From contig DATKCZ010000005.1 in assembly GCA_035512955.1 (NCBI GenBank), forward strand, positions 64,879 through 128,878: 64,000 nt of DNA, in the 5' to 3' direction. How positions within the stretch are numbered: position 1 is the first letter of the stretch; each line of letters opens with the position of its first letter. The stretch comes from Acidimicrobiia bacterium. Lineage in GTDB: Bacteria > Actinomycetota > Acidimicrobiia > Spongiisociales > ZC4RG35. The position numbers and the translations under genes are program-made. The notes below the pieces were generated by a model. That model was given only the letters and a program-made list of their open reading frames with translations. It had not been told where the DNA came from and made no database searches. Of this stretch, positions 48,819-58,193 are shown piece by piece.

Positions 48819-49735
48819 GGGCTTGGCACCGGTGACGACGATCCGGGTCGAGCCGGGTCGGAGCTCTTCAGTGCGCCGAACCACACTCCGGTCATCACCA
48901 CGAGCGCGCCGGTGATGCCCCGGCCCGTCAAGGGCTCATCGAGCAGCCAGGCCTCGACCAGCATGGTGACCACGGGGAACAGAACAAAGGTGTACGAGGT
49001 CACCGCCACCGACCAGCGACGCACCACCAGCAGCATCAGCACGAACATCCCCACAGACCCGAGGAGCACCAGATACAGCACCGACAGCACCACCTCGGGC
49101 TGCCGGGGCACCGCCCACCGCTCACCGGCCAGCCCTGACAGCAAGAGCAAGAGCGGCGCCCCCAATGACATGCCCACCGCGTTGGTCATCACCGGGTGGT
49201 TGCCGGAGACACGCTTGCCGAAGATGACGCTCTGGCCGATGGTGAGGGAGGCGGCCAGGACGGCGAGCAGGCCACCGAGGGGCAGGGCCAGCCCATTGGG
49301 GCCGACCGTCATCCAGACGATCCCTCCCAATGCCAGCAGCGCACCAATGACGGTTCGCCTATTGAGACGTTCCAGACCCTGCGCCCATGCCAGGAGAGGG
49401 GCCACCAAGGGGACTATGGCGAGCAACACCGCGGTCATCCCGGCACTGACCCGAACCAGGGCCCAGTACATGAGGGCGTAGGAGAGGGTGACGGTGAACA
49501 GACCGTATAGACCCGTGAGCACCAGTTGTCGCCCCCTCGGCCGTTCGAGACCCAAGACCAGGGCGATCAGCACGAACACGATCGCAGCCAGCGAGAAGCG
49601 CAGCCCGGCACCCCAGAAGGGCGGGAGCTCGCCATTGCTGAACCTGACCGCAACGAAGTTACCGCCCCCGAGGAGGACGGCGCCGGCGAAGGCACCGAGG
49701 GTGAATGCTCCGGGTGGTCGCAGGGGACCGGTCAA
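48785..49735 (-). CDS. EamA/DMT family transporter
   Basis: 316 aa. About 10 TM helices. It is convergent with the third BMC-P gene and overlaps its 3' end by 34 bp. Confidence 0.8.
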   Translation of the reverse strand: MTGPLRPPGAFTLGAFAGAVLLGGGNFVAVRFSNGELPPFWGAGLRFSLAAIVFVLIALVLGLERPRGRQLVLTGLYGLFTVTLSYALMYWALVRVSAGMTAVLLAIVPLVAPLLAWAQGLERLNRRTVIGALLALGGIVWMTVGPNGLALPLGGLLAVLAASLTIGQSVIFGKRVSGNHPVMTNAVGMSLGAPLLLLLSGLAGERWAVPRQPEVVLSVLYLVLLGSVGMFVLMLLVVRRWSVAVTSYTFVLFPVVTMLVEAWLLDEPLTGRGITGALVVMTGVWFGALKSSDPARPGSSSPVPSPQMTSRNSPST

Positions 49736-49819
49736 AGGGCTCTCCTCTGTGGTTTCGTTCGACTATCGCCTTCGACACACCGTCACGCATCGGGCAAACG
49801 CCCCATTTGCCGACCCCGA

Positions 49820-51349
49820 TCACCCGACGAGTCGGTGCTCCATGGCATAGACCGATGCGCCCGCCCGGGTGGAGACCCCGATCTTGGAGTAGATGTTCTC
49901 GACATGACGGCCCACCGTCTTGGGCGATATGTAGAGCCGCTCGGCGATCCGGCGGTTGGTGTGCTCTCTCGCGATGAGTCGGAGCACCTCGACCTCGCGA
50001 TCGGTGAGCCCATCGGGATTGCGGGGGGCGGGTCGCTCCAGCTCACCTCCTGCCGCGGCGACCACCCAAGCCACCGCATCCGAGTCGAGACGGCCCGCGT
50101 CACGGTCGTCCCTCATCGCCTCGACTGCCCCATCGAGAGACACCGCGCCCCGATGTGGCCGGTCAGAGGTCAGCGCCACCAGGGTGTCGGCTGCGGCCAG
50201 GATGTTGTCTCCCACCGACAGGTGATCAGCGCCGACCTGACGGTGGTATCCCGAGCCGTCGAGTCGCTCGTGGTGTCTCGAGGCGAGCTCGCCCAGCGGC
50301 TGTAACGCCGGGCAGCGGGAAAGGACTCGATCCGTCAGATAGGGATGAAGCATCACCTTCTCCCACTCGTCCACCGACAGCGGGCCCGGCTTGTCCCAGA
50401 TCCCGTTCTCCACACCGACACGCCCCAGATCGTGGACGAGCCCCGCCCGGTGCAGGCGATTGGCCCCCTCCAGCCCCAGCCCCGCCTGGTGCGCTGCCGT
50501 CTTGGCCAGGTCGGCCACCCGACGGGAATGGCCCCGGGTCCAGGGTGACTTGAGATCGACGAAGTCGGCCAGCACGGTCAGGGCATGATCGAGATCATCC
50601 ACCTGGGATACCGGGTCCGGCTCGCTCTCCAAGAGCTCCTCCCAATCTGCCTCCCCGCTCCAGTGGTGGCGTATGCCGTCGAAGGCGTCCACCACCCTCG
50701 GGTCGTACGCCTTTCCCCGGCGTTGGTTGAGCAGAACCATCGGGTCCCGGTTCCCGTGCACCGCGAGATCGATGTCTCGGGCCACCGATGAGATCCTGAT
50801 CTCGAGGGGGATGGCCTCCCCCGCCGTGCCGTTGGGGAGCCCCTTGCCGTCCCAACGCTCATAGGCATGCTGGAGGGCGCCGATGACCGGCTCTCCCAGG
50901 CCTAGACGCGAGGCCAGCATCGCGGCCACCTCGCAATGAGCGCTCAGGGTGCGGGTGGCCCCGTCCCGGTCTGAGAGGGCTCCAAGGAGGAGCGCGGCCT
51001 TTCTCAGTGGCGGCTTCCCGGGCCCCACCGCTCTCACCGTCGCCTTGAGCGACTCGACGGGATCCCCGTTGAGCACGTGCGCCATCGCGAAATTGAACGA
51101 CAGCTCGTCCCCGCCCACGACCCGGGCCAACTCTGACACCTCCCCGGTGCAACCGAGGAAGCGGAGCAGTGACACCTGGTGGACCGAACGAACCTGCTCG
51201 GGCCCGAGGCCCATCTCTCCGGCCACCCGGACCGCGAGCAGACAGGTGCGCAGACCATGCCCCAGCGGGGTGCCCGTTGCCAGATCGGTGGCCAGGGAGA
51301 GCGACGCCAGGAGCTCGGCGAGCCGAAGCCGACCGGTGAACAGGGCCAT
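49820..51349 (-). CDS. Tandem HD/HD-GYP-domain protein with C-terminal LuxR-type HTH
   Basis: 509 aa. The first HD-like module is degenerate (HAYERWDGKGLPNG). The second is HD-GYP-like (HDLGRVG...HHERLDGSGYHR). C-terminal HTH: LTDREVEVLRLIAREHTNRRIAERLYISPKTVGRHVENIYSKIGV. Confidence 0.75.
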   Translation of the reverse strand: MALFTGRLRLAELLASLSLATDLATGTPLGHGLRTCLLAVRVAGEMGLGPEQVRSVHQVSLLRFLGCTGEVSELARVVGGDELSFNFAMAHVLNGDPVESLKATVRAVGPGKPPLRKAALLLGALSDRDGATRTLSAHCEVAAMLASRLGLGEPVIGALQHAYERWDGKGLPNGTAGEAIPLEIRISSVARDIDLAVHGNRDPMVLLNQRRGKAYDPRVVDAFDGIRHHWSGEADWEELLESEPDPVSQVDDLDHALTVLADFVDLKSPWTRGHSRRVADLAKTAAHQAGLGLEGANRLHRAGLVHDLGRVGVENGIWDKPGPLSVDEWEKVMLHPYLTDRVLSRCPALQPLGELASRHHERLDGSGYHRQVGADHLSVGDNILAAADTLVALTSDRPHRGAVSLDGAVEAMRDDRDAGRLDSDAVAWVVAAAGGELERPAPRNPDGLTDREVEVLRLIAREHTNRRIAERLYISPKTVGRHVENIYSKIGVSTRAGASVYAMEHRLVG

Positions 51350-51537
51350 GGCAGCGGGAAGCTAGTCAGACGACTGCCGGCCCGGCCTGTTGGCCCGCCA
51401 GAGGTGTGTCGGTCGTATCACTCTTCGTCAGCCGGTCTTCCCCAGGCGATTCTGAACGCTTTCACTCGAGATCTGGTGGTCGCCATGCTCGGCGAGGCGC
51501 GCGTTACGTAGGGTGGGCCTGTGAAACCGAGCGGCAG

Positions 51538-52374
51538 ATGCGATTTGGACTGAAGCTAAGTCAGAAGGCGACCATCGACGAACACCGGGCGGTCTGGCGG
51601 ATTGCGGATGACGAGGGTTTCGACCATTGCTGGAATATGGATCACTTCGCCGCGCTGGGCGAAGATCCCGCCGGAGACATCTTCGAGGCTTGGACCCTGC
51701 TCGCCGCGATGGCCGAGGGGACGACCCACACACGGATCGGGTGCATGGTCACCGGTAACACATACCGTCATCCCGCAGTGCTGGCCAAGATGGCCGTGAC
51801 ATTGGATCACATCTCGCACGGCCGCTTGGAGTTTGGGCTCGGAGCGGCGTGGGCGGAGAACGAGCACAGGATGCTGGGGCTCGAGTTCGGGACCGTCGGG
51901 GAACGGCTGGATCGTCTGGAGGACGCCTGTCAGATCATCACCTCTCTGTGGACCGCGCCCACCACCACGTTCGCTGGAGCGCATTACCAACTCGAGAAGG
52001 CGATAGCCGAGCCTAAGCCCGTGCAGCGACCGTATCCGCCGATTTGGATCGGCGGGAGCGGACCCAAGCGGACCCTGCGAATTGTGGCCCGGTACGCCGA
52101 CGTCTGGAACATGCCCGGGGGCACGCCGGCCGAGTTGGCGAGGTCATCTCGTGTCCTCGACCAACACTGTGCCGATGTCGGACGCGATCCGGCGGAGATT
52201 CGACGGACCGTCCAGGTCCGGCTTCCGGAGGAGCCAGCCGACGCCCTGCCGCTGGTAGAGGGATACGCCCAGGTCGGTGCCGACGACATCATCCTGATCG
52301 TGATGGGCGGCACTGCCGAGACGCAGGCCAAACAGGCCGCAACCCTGCTGCCTCACCTTCGAGACGTTGGCTGA
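51538..52374 (+). CDS. LLM-class (luciferase-like) F420-dependent oxidoreductase
   Basis: The start was chosen at MRFGLKLSQKATIDEH. Typical LLM blocks are FDHCWNMDHF, GRLEFGLGAGW-like GRLEFGLGAAW, and PPIWIGGSGPKRTLRIVARYAD. Confidence 0.8.
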   Translation: MRFGLKLSQKATIDEHRAVWRIADDEGFDHCWNMDHFAALGEDPAGDIFEAWTLLAAMAEGTTHTRIGCMVTGNTYRHPAVLAKMAVTLDHISHGRLEFGLGAAWAENEHRMLGLEFGTVGERLDRLEDACQIITSLWTAPTTTFAGAHYQLEKAIAEPKPVQRPYPPIWIGGSGPKRTLRIVARYADVWNMPGGTPAELARSSRVLDQHCADVGRDPAEIRRTVQVRLPEEPADALPLVEGYAQVGADDIILIVMGGTAETQAKQAATLLPHLRDVG

Positions 52375-52375
52375 T

Positions 52376-53220
52376 TCGCCTGCGCACGCCAGGGAAGTGG
52401 AGCCGCCTCGGTCGGGACGGAATACGACTTCGAATCCTCGTTCGTGGACGACGACCTGGTGGTGGAACCAGCAGAGGACGACGAGCTGGTGCCGGTTGGT
52501 CTCGCCGCCGTTGGCCCAGTGCTTCAGATGGTGGATCTGGAGGCGACGGCGCGACGTGCACCCGTCGGCGGCGCAGGTGAACCCCGCCTCCGCCAACAGC
52601 GCCCGCTTCAGGGCAGGAGGCACGATCCGCTGTTTGCGTCCGTAGTCCATGAATCGACCCTCACCGTCGCGAGCGGTGACTTCTGCGATCGCATCACGCC
52701 TGCAACGCCTCCCGGACCACTCGGGCGCCAGGCTCGAGGAAGACCCCGGCTTGGCCCGTCTGAAGCCGCCGCCTCCTTGGCGTCGACTATCACGGTGACC
52801 TGCGCCGGCGGCGGGTCGTCGGAGACCAGACTCTCCACCAGGGCGGTGGCCCGCCGCCACGACGAATCGGCCGACAACCCGTCGACTGCGGGCAGGTGGT
52901 CGGCTGCCTCGGTGAGCACCTTGTCGACCAGTGCGCCGGAGTGGCCGTCGAGGCCGCCCCACAGCTTCCACCACGACTTGTCCAACGACGGCTGCATCAC
53001 CAGGAAGCGATCAGCAGCCGTGCGCGACTCGGCCTCTCTCGAGATTGAGCCGGGCGGCGGCCCATTCAGACAGCGAACGTGATCCATCGGCGGTGGCCAC
53101 CTGACGGGTGTCCAACTCGGTCAGGGCTGTCATCTGTCTGCCACGAAGCCGGGCGATGAGACGCTCGTCTTCGACCAGTTGCTGTTCGATGCTGTCGGTC
53201 GACAACCTCTCCCACTCCAT
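52376..53220 (-). pseudogene. Frameshifted DUF222 + HNH endonuclease remnant (REP13E12-like family)
   Basis: The homology is split over frames.
- N-terminus MEWERLSTDSIEQQLVEDERLIARLRGRQMTALTELD runs 53220 to about 53050.
- The middle part (...DKVLTEAADHLPAV...VTVIVDAKEAAAS) is in another frame.
- The HNH part (GRKQRIVPPALKRALLAEAGFTCAADGCTSRRRLQIHHLKHWANGGETNRHQLVVLCWFHHQVVVHERGF) is back in the first frame.
- The 3' end runs into the LLM gene. Confidence 0.5.
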
Positions 53221-53406
53221 GACCCCAACATAAGGGCGACCACCGACAGAAATGCCCTCCAGGCGGCCGAAGCGAAAAAAAATCTCAGCGGAGACCACCG
53301 GCTCTGCAATGATCGGGTTGCTACTCCTTCGGTGGGGTGTACTCCTCAAGCCATCGGGACGATCCTGGGCGTCCCCTAGTCCGTCGAGCCCGACAAAGAT
53401 GGGTCG

Positions 53407-54282
53407 GTGGCCAAACGCTCGGTGCCCATCGAAGGCGACCTCGACCTGCGATCAACCCTACGGCCGCTGCACGGCAGGTTCGCCGACGACGGGTGGTGGC
53501 TGGCGGCCCGCACGCCGGAGGGCCCCGGGTCCCTCCGCATCACCCGAACCAGACCAGACCTGATCGGGGAGGCCTGGGGAGAGGGGGCCCGCTGGCTCCT
53601 CGACCGACTCGGGTCGATCGGTGGCCTCGACGACGACCCTTCGAAGTTCTCGCCGACCGACCCGGTGGTGTCCGAGTTGCACCGCACCCATGGCGGTGCG
53701 CGGTTCGGGCGGACCGGTCTGGTCTTCGACGTGCTGGTGGCCACCATCTGCGCCCAGAAGGTCACCGGCCGGGAGGCGAGTGCGGCGATGCGTGGGCTGT
53801 ACCGAGCCTTCGCCGAGCCGGCACCGGGGCTCAACGGCGGGCTCTTCCTCCCACCCGATCCGGTCCGCATGGCGGCCGCCCCCTATCACGCATACCACCG
53901 TCTCCATCTCGAGAAACGCAGGGCGGACCTGCTTCGCCACGTGGCGAGCCGGGCCGACCAGATCGGGGGGCTGGCCTCGCTCCCCTCCGCCGATGCGAAA
54001 GCCGCGCTCTTGTCACTTCCGGGCGTGGGCCTCTGGACCACCGCCAAGACCATCGAGGTGTCACATGGCGACCCGGACCAGGTGGCCGTTGGGGACTTTC
54101 ACTACAAGCACTCGGTGGTCTTTCACCTGACCGGGAGGGCTCGGGGGAGCGATGAGGAGATGCTTGCGCTCCTCGAGCCGTTTCGACCGCATCGAGGGCG
54201 GGTCATCCGGCTGCTCCACACCCTGGGCCATGAGCCCAGGTTCGGCCCGCGCCTGGCGCCCCGGGACATCACCAGGATGTGA
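53407..54282 (+). CDS. HhH-GPD DNA-3-methyladenine glycosylase II family protein (AlkA-like)
   Basis: 291 aa, GTG start. VATICAQKVTGREASAAMRGL...LLSLPGVGLWTTAKTIEVSHGDPDQVAVGDFH. Confidence 0.75.
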   Translation: MAKRSVPIEGDLDLRSTLRPLHGRFADDGWWLAARTPEGPGSLRITRTRPDLIGEAWGEGARWLLDRLGSIGGLDDDPSKFSPTDPVVSELHRTHGGARFGRTGLVFDVLVATICAQKVTGREASAAMRGLYRAFAEPAPGLNGGLFLPPDPVRMAAAPYHAYHRLHLEKRRADLLRHVASRADQIGGLASLPSADAKAALLSLPGVGLWTTAKTIEVSHGDPDQVAVGDFHYKHSVVFHLTGRARGSDEEMLALLEPFRPHRGRVIRLLHTLGHEPRFGPRLAPRDITRM

Positions 54283-54382
54283 CCGCGTCCTCCGGTTCCT
54301 TCTTGGCCGGGGACCCGAACAACGTCGGGATCAGGAGGACCACCAGAGGGATCAGGATGGGAGTCAGCGAGGTGGGCAGCAT
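54269..54382 (-). CDS. Possible 37-aa single-TM peptide translationally coupled (TGATG) to the upstream small membrane protein
   Basis: MLPTSLTPILIPLVVLLIPTLFGSPAKKEPEDAVTSW. Its ATG overlaps the upstream stop. Alternatively the two ORFs are one gene split by a frameshift. Confidence 0.25.
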   Translation of the reverse strand: MLPTSLTPILIPLVVLLIPTLFGSPAKKEPEDAVTSW

Positions 54383-54636
54383 CACCGCCGCCAGCATCGC
54401 GACCCAGCCACCGATGCGGTGGGCCGGGTGTGAAATCGCACCGGTCCGTCGAGGCTGAGCAGGTAGGCGAGACCCCCGACCGCCCCAACCAGGCCGGAGG
54501 AGAGGATCCAGGCCAGCGCCCATCCGGGGCCCCGAAGCTCGAACAGGTTCACCACGAAGATCCACGCGCTGAGGACGGTCACCGACACCGCGACGAACCG
54601 GGCGTACATGAGCCCCATCCATCGCAGCAACTCCAT
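54382..54636 (-). CDS. Small integral membrane protein (hypothetical)
   Basis: 84 aa with 2-3 predicted TM helices (FVAVSVTVLSAWIFVVNLF, WALAWILSSGLVGAVGGLAYLL). Confidence 0.35.
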   Translation of the reverse strand: MELLRWMGLMYARFVAVSVTVLSAWIFVVNLFELRGPGWALAWILSSGLVGAVGGLAYLLSLDGPVRFHTRPTASVAGSRCWRR

Positions 54637-54645
54637 GGGAAGACC

Positions 54646-55551
54646 CTACCGCCGCAGCCAGGTCACGATCAGATCGCCCACCAGGTCGGGGTGGTGCATG
54701 TCGTTGTGTCTGGCGCCTTCGACCAATTCCAGGAGGACGTCTCCACCCGAGTCGAGGAGGGCGTCGTGGAACTCTTGGGCGAACCGGTCGTCGACGAACC
54801 CGTCGAGCTCTCCGTACATGATCAGTGCCTCGAGCCCGGGGTTCTGATCGGTGAGAAGCTGGGGATTGCCCCTTCGCCACGCCTCGGGGTCGGTGCTCGG
54901 CCCCGCCCCGAAGAAGGCGGCCATCGCCGTGCCGAGCCGGCTGACGTCGTAGAGGCCGGCGAGACCGACGAACTTGTTGGGGAGACCGCTGCCCGCAACC
55001 GCGCAGTCTTGGCCATACTCGTCGCCGGTGAGGGCCAGTATCGCCCCGAGGTGGGCTCCAGCGGAGTGACCGACCACCGTCACCGAGCCGTCGGACGCGG
55101 GGTGGGCGGACGCAAAGCGCACCGCACAAGCCAGATCGTCCACCGCCTCGGGGAACCCGGGGCGGTCCCGGGTGGTCAGTCGATAACGGGTGTTGACGGT
55201 GATGAAGCCGTTGTCGAGGAGATGGTTGGCCAGCGGTCGCATCACTCCAGGCCCTCCTGCTACCCACCCGCCCCCGTGCACCAGCACCACCGCCGGGAAC
55301 GGTCCCTCGCCATCGGGGACGTCCACCTCGGCGTCTATGTCGAGAGAGGAGCCGGTGGTGGTTGCAGGACCGGCCAGGATGGTGGTGGTTCCCGGCGACG
55401 TGGAGGTGGTCGGAGGCGGGCGCGAGGTGGCCGGGGCGGCGGGGACCGTGGTCGACGTGGACGTGGCCTCGACAGCCTCGCCCCCCGAGCAGCCCCCGAG
55501 GAGGACGGCGATCAGGACAGCAAGGAAGCGGCGGCTTGGTCCGTGTGCCAT
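54646..55551 (-). CDS. Secreted alpha/beta hydrolase (esterase/lipase, HGGG-type) lipoprotein
   Basis: The start was chosen at MAHGPSRRFLAVLIAVLLGGCSGG, which contains a lipobox. Oxyanion motif HGGGW and nucleophile elbow GHSAGA. Confidence 0.75.
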   Translation of the reverse strand: MAHGPSRRFLAVLIAVLLGGCSGGEAVEATSTSTTVPAAPATSRPPPTTSTSPGTTTILAGPATTTGSSLDIDAEVDVPDGEGPFPAVVLVHGGGWVAGGPGVMRPLANHLLDNGFITVNTRYRLTTRDRPGFPEAVDDLACAVRFASAHPASDGSVTVVGHSAGAHLGAILALTGDEYGQDCAVAGSGLPNKFVGLAGLYDVSRLGTAMAAFFGAGPSTDPEAWRRGNPQLLTDQNPGLEALIMYGELDGFVDDRFAQEFHDALLDSGGDVLLELVEGARHNDMHHPDLVGDLIVTWLRR

Positions 55552-56189
55552 TCGACTACGGCGTCGCCCTCGCCGATGCGGCCGGCGGGGGTGGTTCCGG
55601 CGAAGGAGTCCCTGAGTGCTGGTGCCTTGTCCCGACCCGTGGTCACCACCAGCAGCCGCCAAGCCTGCCAGAGGAGGGGGTAGGTGGCGGTGAGCCGGGG
55701 CTCCCCGTTCTCGGGGATGACATTGGAGACGAACCAGCGCTCGTCTTCGTCGAGGGCCTCACTGGCGGGGAACAAGGAGGCGGTATGACCGTCCTCACCC
55801 ATCCCGAGCAGGATCAGGTCGGGGCGGCGCACACTGTGGAGGGAGCGGAGGAGGACCTCGTATTCGGCCGCCGAATCGGCCGGCTCGATGAGCTCACTCC
55901 AGCGGGGCCGGTGAAAGCGGGCGCCGACATGGTCCATGAGGAGCTCGGCGGCCATCCGCCCATTCGACCTCTCATGGTCCGGTGGCACCCACCGCTCGTC
56001 GGACATCCAGGCGTCGACCTGGCCCCATCCGGTCGCCCGGCTCCGCAACGCCTCGTAGGTCGAAGCCGCGGCTCGCCCTCCGGCGAGGCCGAGGGTGAGG
56101 CCGTCGTCGGACGCGGCGAGCAGATCGGCGATCGCCCGCGCCGCGCCGACGGCAGCTTCCTCTGCCGTCTCGTAAACGATGAGCTCCAT
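55512..56189 (-). CDS. pgl: 6-phosphogluconolactonase
   Basis: The start was chosen at MELIVYETAEEAAVGAARAIADLL. Motifs LGLAGGRA and LILLGMGEDGHTASLFP. Confidence 0.85.
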   Translation of the reverse strand: MELIVYETAEEAAVGAARAIADLLAASDDGLTLGLAGGRAAASTYEALRSRATGWGQVDAWMSDERWVPPDHERSNGRMAAELLMDHVGARFHRPRWSELIEPADSAAEYEVLLRSLHSVRRPDLILLGMGEDGHTASLFPASEALDEDERWFVSNVIPENGEPRLTATYPLLWQAWRLLVVTTGRDKAPALRDSFAGTTPAGRIGEGDAVVEWHTDQAAASLLS

Positions 56190-56224
56190 AGCCGGGGACG
56201 CTAACGCCCTTCTACCCTGAGAGA

Positions 56225-56878
56225 ATGAGTGCATCGATGGTGGTGAGGTTCGACGGCGTCGAGGTCACCGGCATCATCGAGGGATCCGGCCCGATCGGCA
56301 TCCTCTTGGCCCATGGCGCCGGGACGAATCAGGGCCACCCTTCGATCGCCACTCTCCGCAACGGGCTCGCCGCAGGCGGTCACCGGGTGATGAGCTTCAA
56401 CTACCCTTACACCGAGAGGGGCGTGAAACGGCCCGACCGCCAGGAGATGCTGCTCGCCTGTCATCGCGCCGCGGCCGGGGTTCTCGAGTCGGAGGTCGAC
56501 GAGGTGTATCTGGCGGGGCGCTCCATGGGGGGTCGCATGGGCACCTACCTGGCGGCGCAGGGACATCGGGCACGGGGGCTCGTCCTGTACGCGTACCCGC
56601 TCCACCCGGCGGGCAAGCCCGAGAAGCTGAGAGTCGAACAGTTCGCCGACATATCGATCCCGATGCTGTTCTTCCAGGGAACCCGCGACGCCCTCTCCAG
56701 GATGGAGCTGTTCGAGCAGCATATCGGCTCCCTGCCCACCGCCGAAGTCGAGTTGCTCGAAGACGCCGGGCACGGTTACCGGGGTGGTGGCTGGGATCTC
56801 GCCAAGATCACCGGGCGGTACGTGTCGGGGACCCTGTCCTGGATCGAGCGCATGTCGTCTGGCAGAACCAGCCGATAA
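56225..56878 (+). CDS. Alpha/beta hydrolase family protein (dienelactone hydrolase/KANL3-like)
   Basis: 217 aa. LLAHGAGT, nucleophile elbow GRSMGG, and the C-terminal sequence DAGHGY. Confidence 0.7.
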   Translation: MSASMVVRFDGVEVTGIIEGSGPIGILLAHGAGTNQGHPSIATLRNGLAAGGHRVMSFNYPYTERGVKRPDRQEMLLACHRAAAGVLESEVDEVYLAGRSMGGRMGTYLAAQGHRARGLVLYAYPLHPAGKPEKLRVEQFADISIPMLFFQGTRDALSRMELFEQHIGSLPTAEVELLEDAGHGYRGGGWDLAKITGRYVSGTLSWIERMSSGRTSR

Positions 56879-56923
56879 CGGCCATAATCGGGTCTCACCC
56901 CTTCTTCTTCGAGGAGTCTTTCA

Positions 56924-57610
56924 ATGGAGCAAGTGAGTCTTCGCGCCCGGGCCGGTCGAAAGCCGGGCTCGAGAGAGTCGCGACGGGTGCGTCGTCAGGG
57001 ACAGGTTCCCGCGGTGGTTTACGGACCCGAGGTCGACCCCATCCCGATACAGGTCGACTCCCACGATCTTCACGTCGCCCTGCACACCGAGGCGGGGGCC
57101 AACGCCATCATCAATCTCGAGATCGACGGGGGTGACACTCTGACGACCATGGCCCGGGTCATAGATCGCCACCCGTTCCGCAGCGAGTACAGCCATATCG
57201 ACTTCGTGACGGTCGATCTGTCCCAGAAGGTCACCGCCGAGGTGGCCATCCACTTCGAGGGCACGCCCCTGGGGGTGCAGGAGGGTGGTGTCTTCAGCCC
57301 CCGCCGCACCCATGTCCTGGTCGAGGTGCTCCCCACCGAGATCCCCGGATTCATCGAGCTCGACGTGTCCGAGGTCGAGATCGGCGGGTCGCTGCGCATC
57401 GAGGACCTCCCTGAGGTCGAGGGTGTCGTCTATCTCGAAGAAGCCGACGGGGTCGTGATGTCGGTGACCGTCCCCGCGGCCGAGATCGAGGAGCCCGTGG
57501 TCGAGGATGAAGAGCTTCTCGAGGGTGAGGAGCTCGAAGAGGGTGAAGAAGCTGAAGAGGGTGCAGAAGAGGCTGCGGAAGAATCCGGCGGGACCGAAGC
57601 AACCGAGTGA
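56924..57610 (+). CDS. rplY: 50S ribosomal protein L25/general stress protein Ctc
   Basis: 228 aa. RRVRRQGQVPAVVYG, with a long acidic C-terminal tail. The rplY-pth gene order is conserved. Confidence 0.9.
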   Translation: MEQVSLRARAGRKPGSRESRRVRRQGQVPAVVYGPEVDPIPIQVDSHDLHVALHTEAGANAIINLEIDGGDTLTTMARVIDRHPFRSEYSHIDFVTVDLSQKVTAEVAIHFEGTPLGVQEGGVFSPRRTHVLVEVLPTEIPGFIELDVSEVEIGGSLRIEDLPEVEGVVYLEEADGVVMSVTVPAAEIEEPVVEDEELLEGEELEEGEEAEEGAEEAAEESGGTEATE

Positions 57611-57614
57611 CCCG

Positions 57615-58193
57615 GTGCAGATCGTCGTCGGTCTCCGCAACCCGGGGCCCGACTATCAGGGCACCCGGCACAACGTCGGAGCCGAGGTGGTCACCGCACT
57701 GCTCGCCCGGGTCGATGAGACCCCCGCTCGGGCCCCGTCGCGGATTCGGGGTCTGACCGCGCAGATCGGGGTGGGTGAGACTCGCACCCTGTTCCTTCTG
57801 GCCAACACGTTCATGAACGAATCCGGGGCCACGGTGCGCTCGGCCCTGGCCTACTACAAGGTGTCACCCCACGACTTGCTGGTGATCCACGACGACATCG
57901 ACCTCCCCTTCGGTCGTCTCCGGCTCCAGGTCGGTGGGGGCAGCGGTGGCCACAACGGGGTCCGCTCCCTCGAGACTGCATTGGGAACCAAAGAGTTCTC
58001 CCGGCTGAAGATCGGGGTGGGGAGGCCCTCCGGCTCTCAGGACCCCGCCGAGTTCGTGCTGCGTCCCTTCACCAATAGGGAGAGACCCGAGGTCGAGGTG
58101 ATGATCGAGGATGCCGCCGACGTGGTGGAGCGATGGCTCGACGACCGGGCCCGGGCTCAGGAGCTGGCAGCACTTCGGGGCCGCGATGAGTGA
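57615..58193 (+). CDS. pth: Peptidyl-tRNA hydrolase
   Basis: A GTG start just after the rplY stop gives [25 protein letters not shown]. The motif [12 protein letters not shown] is present. Confidence 0.92.
   Translation: MQIVVGLRNPGPDYQGTRHNVGAEVVTALLARVDETPARAPSRIRGLTAQIGVGETRTLFLLANTFMNESGATVRSALAYYKVSPHDLLVIHDDIDLPFGRLRLQVGGGSGGHNGVRSLETALGTKEFSRLKIGVGRPSGSQDPAEFVLRPFTNRERPEVEVMIEDAADVVERWLDDRARAQELAALRGRDE

Noticed and set aside
52144-52375. Continuation of the HNH-frame ORF into the LLM oxidoreductase gene
   Set aside because: It is antisense to the well-supported 3' end of the LLM gene. The HNH homology has ended by about 52400.
53275-53282. A8 tract as a terminator
   Set aside because: No convincing hairpin is adjacent on either strand, and no gene ends there. 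It is only noted as a compositional oddity next to the HNH remnant.
57480-57610. GAG/GAA-rich repetitive stretch
   Set aside because: It encodes the acidic C-terminal tail of L25/Ctc. This is low-complexity coding sequence, not a repeat element.
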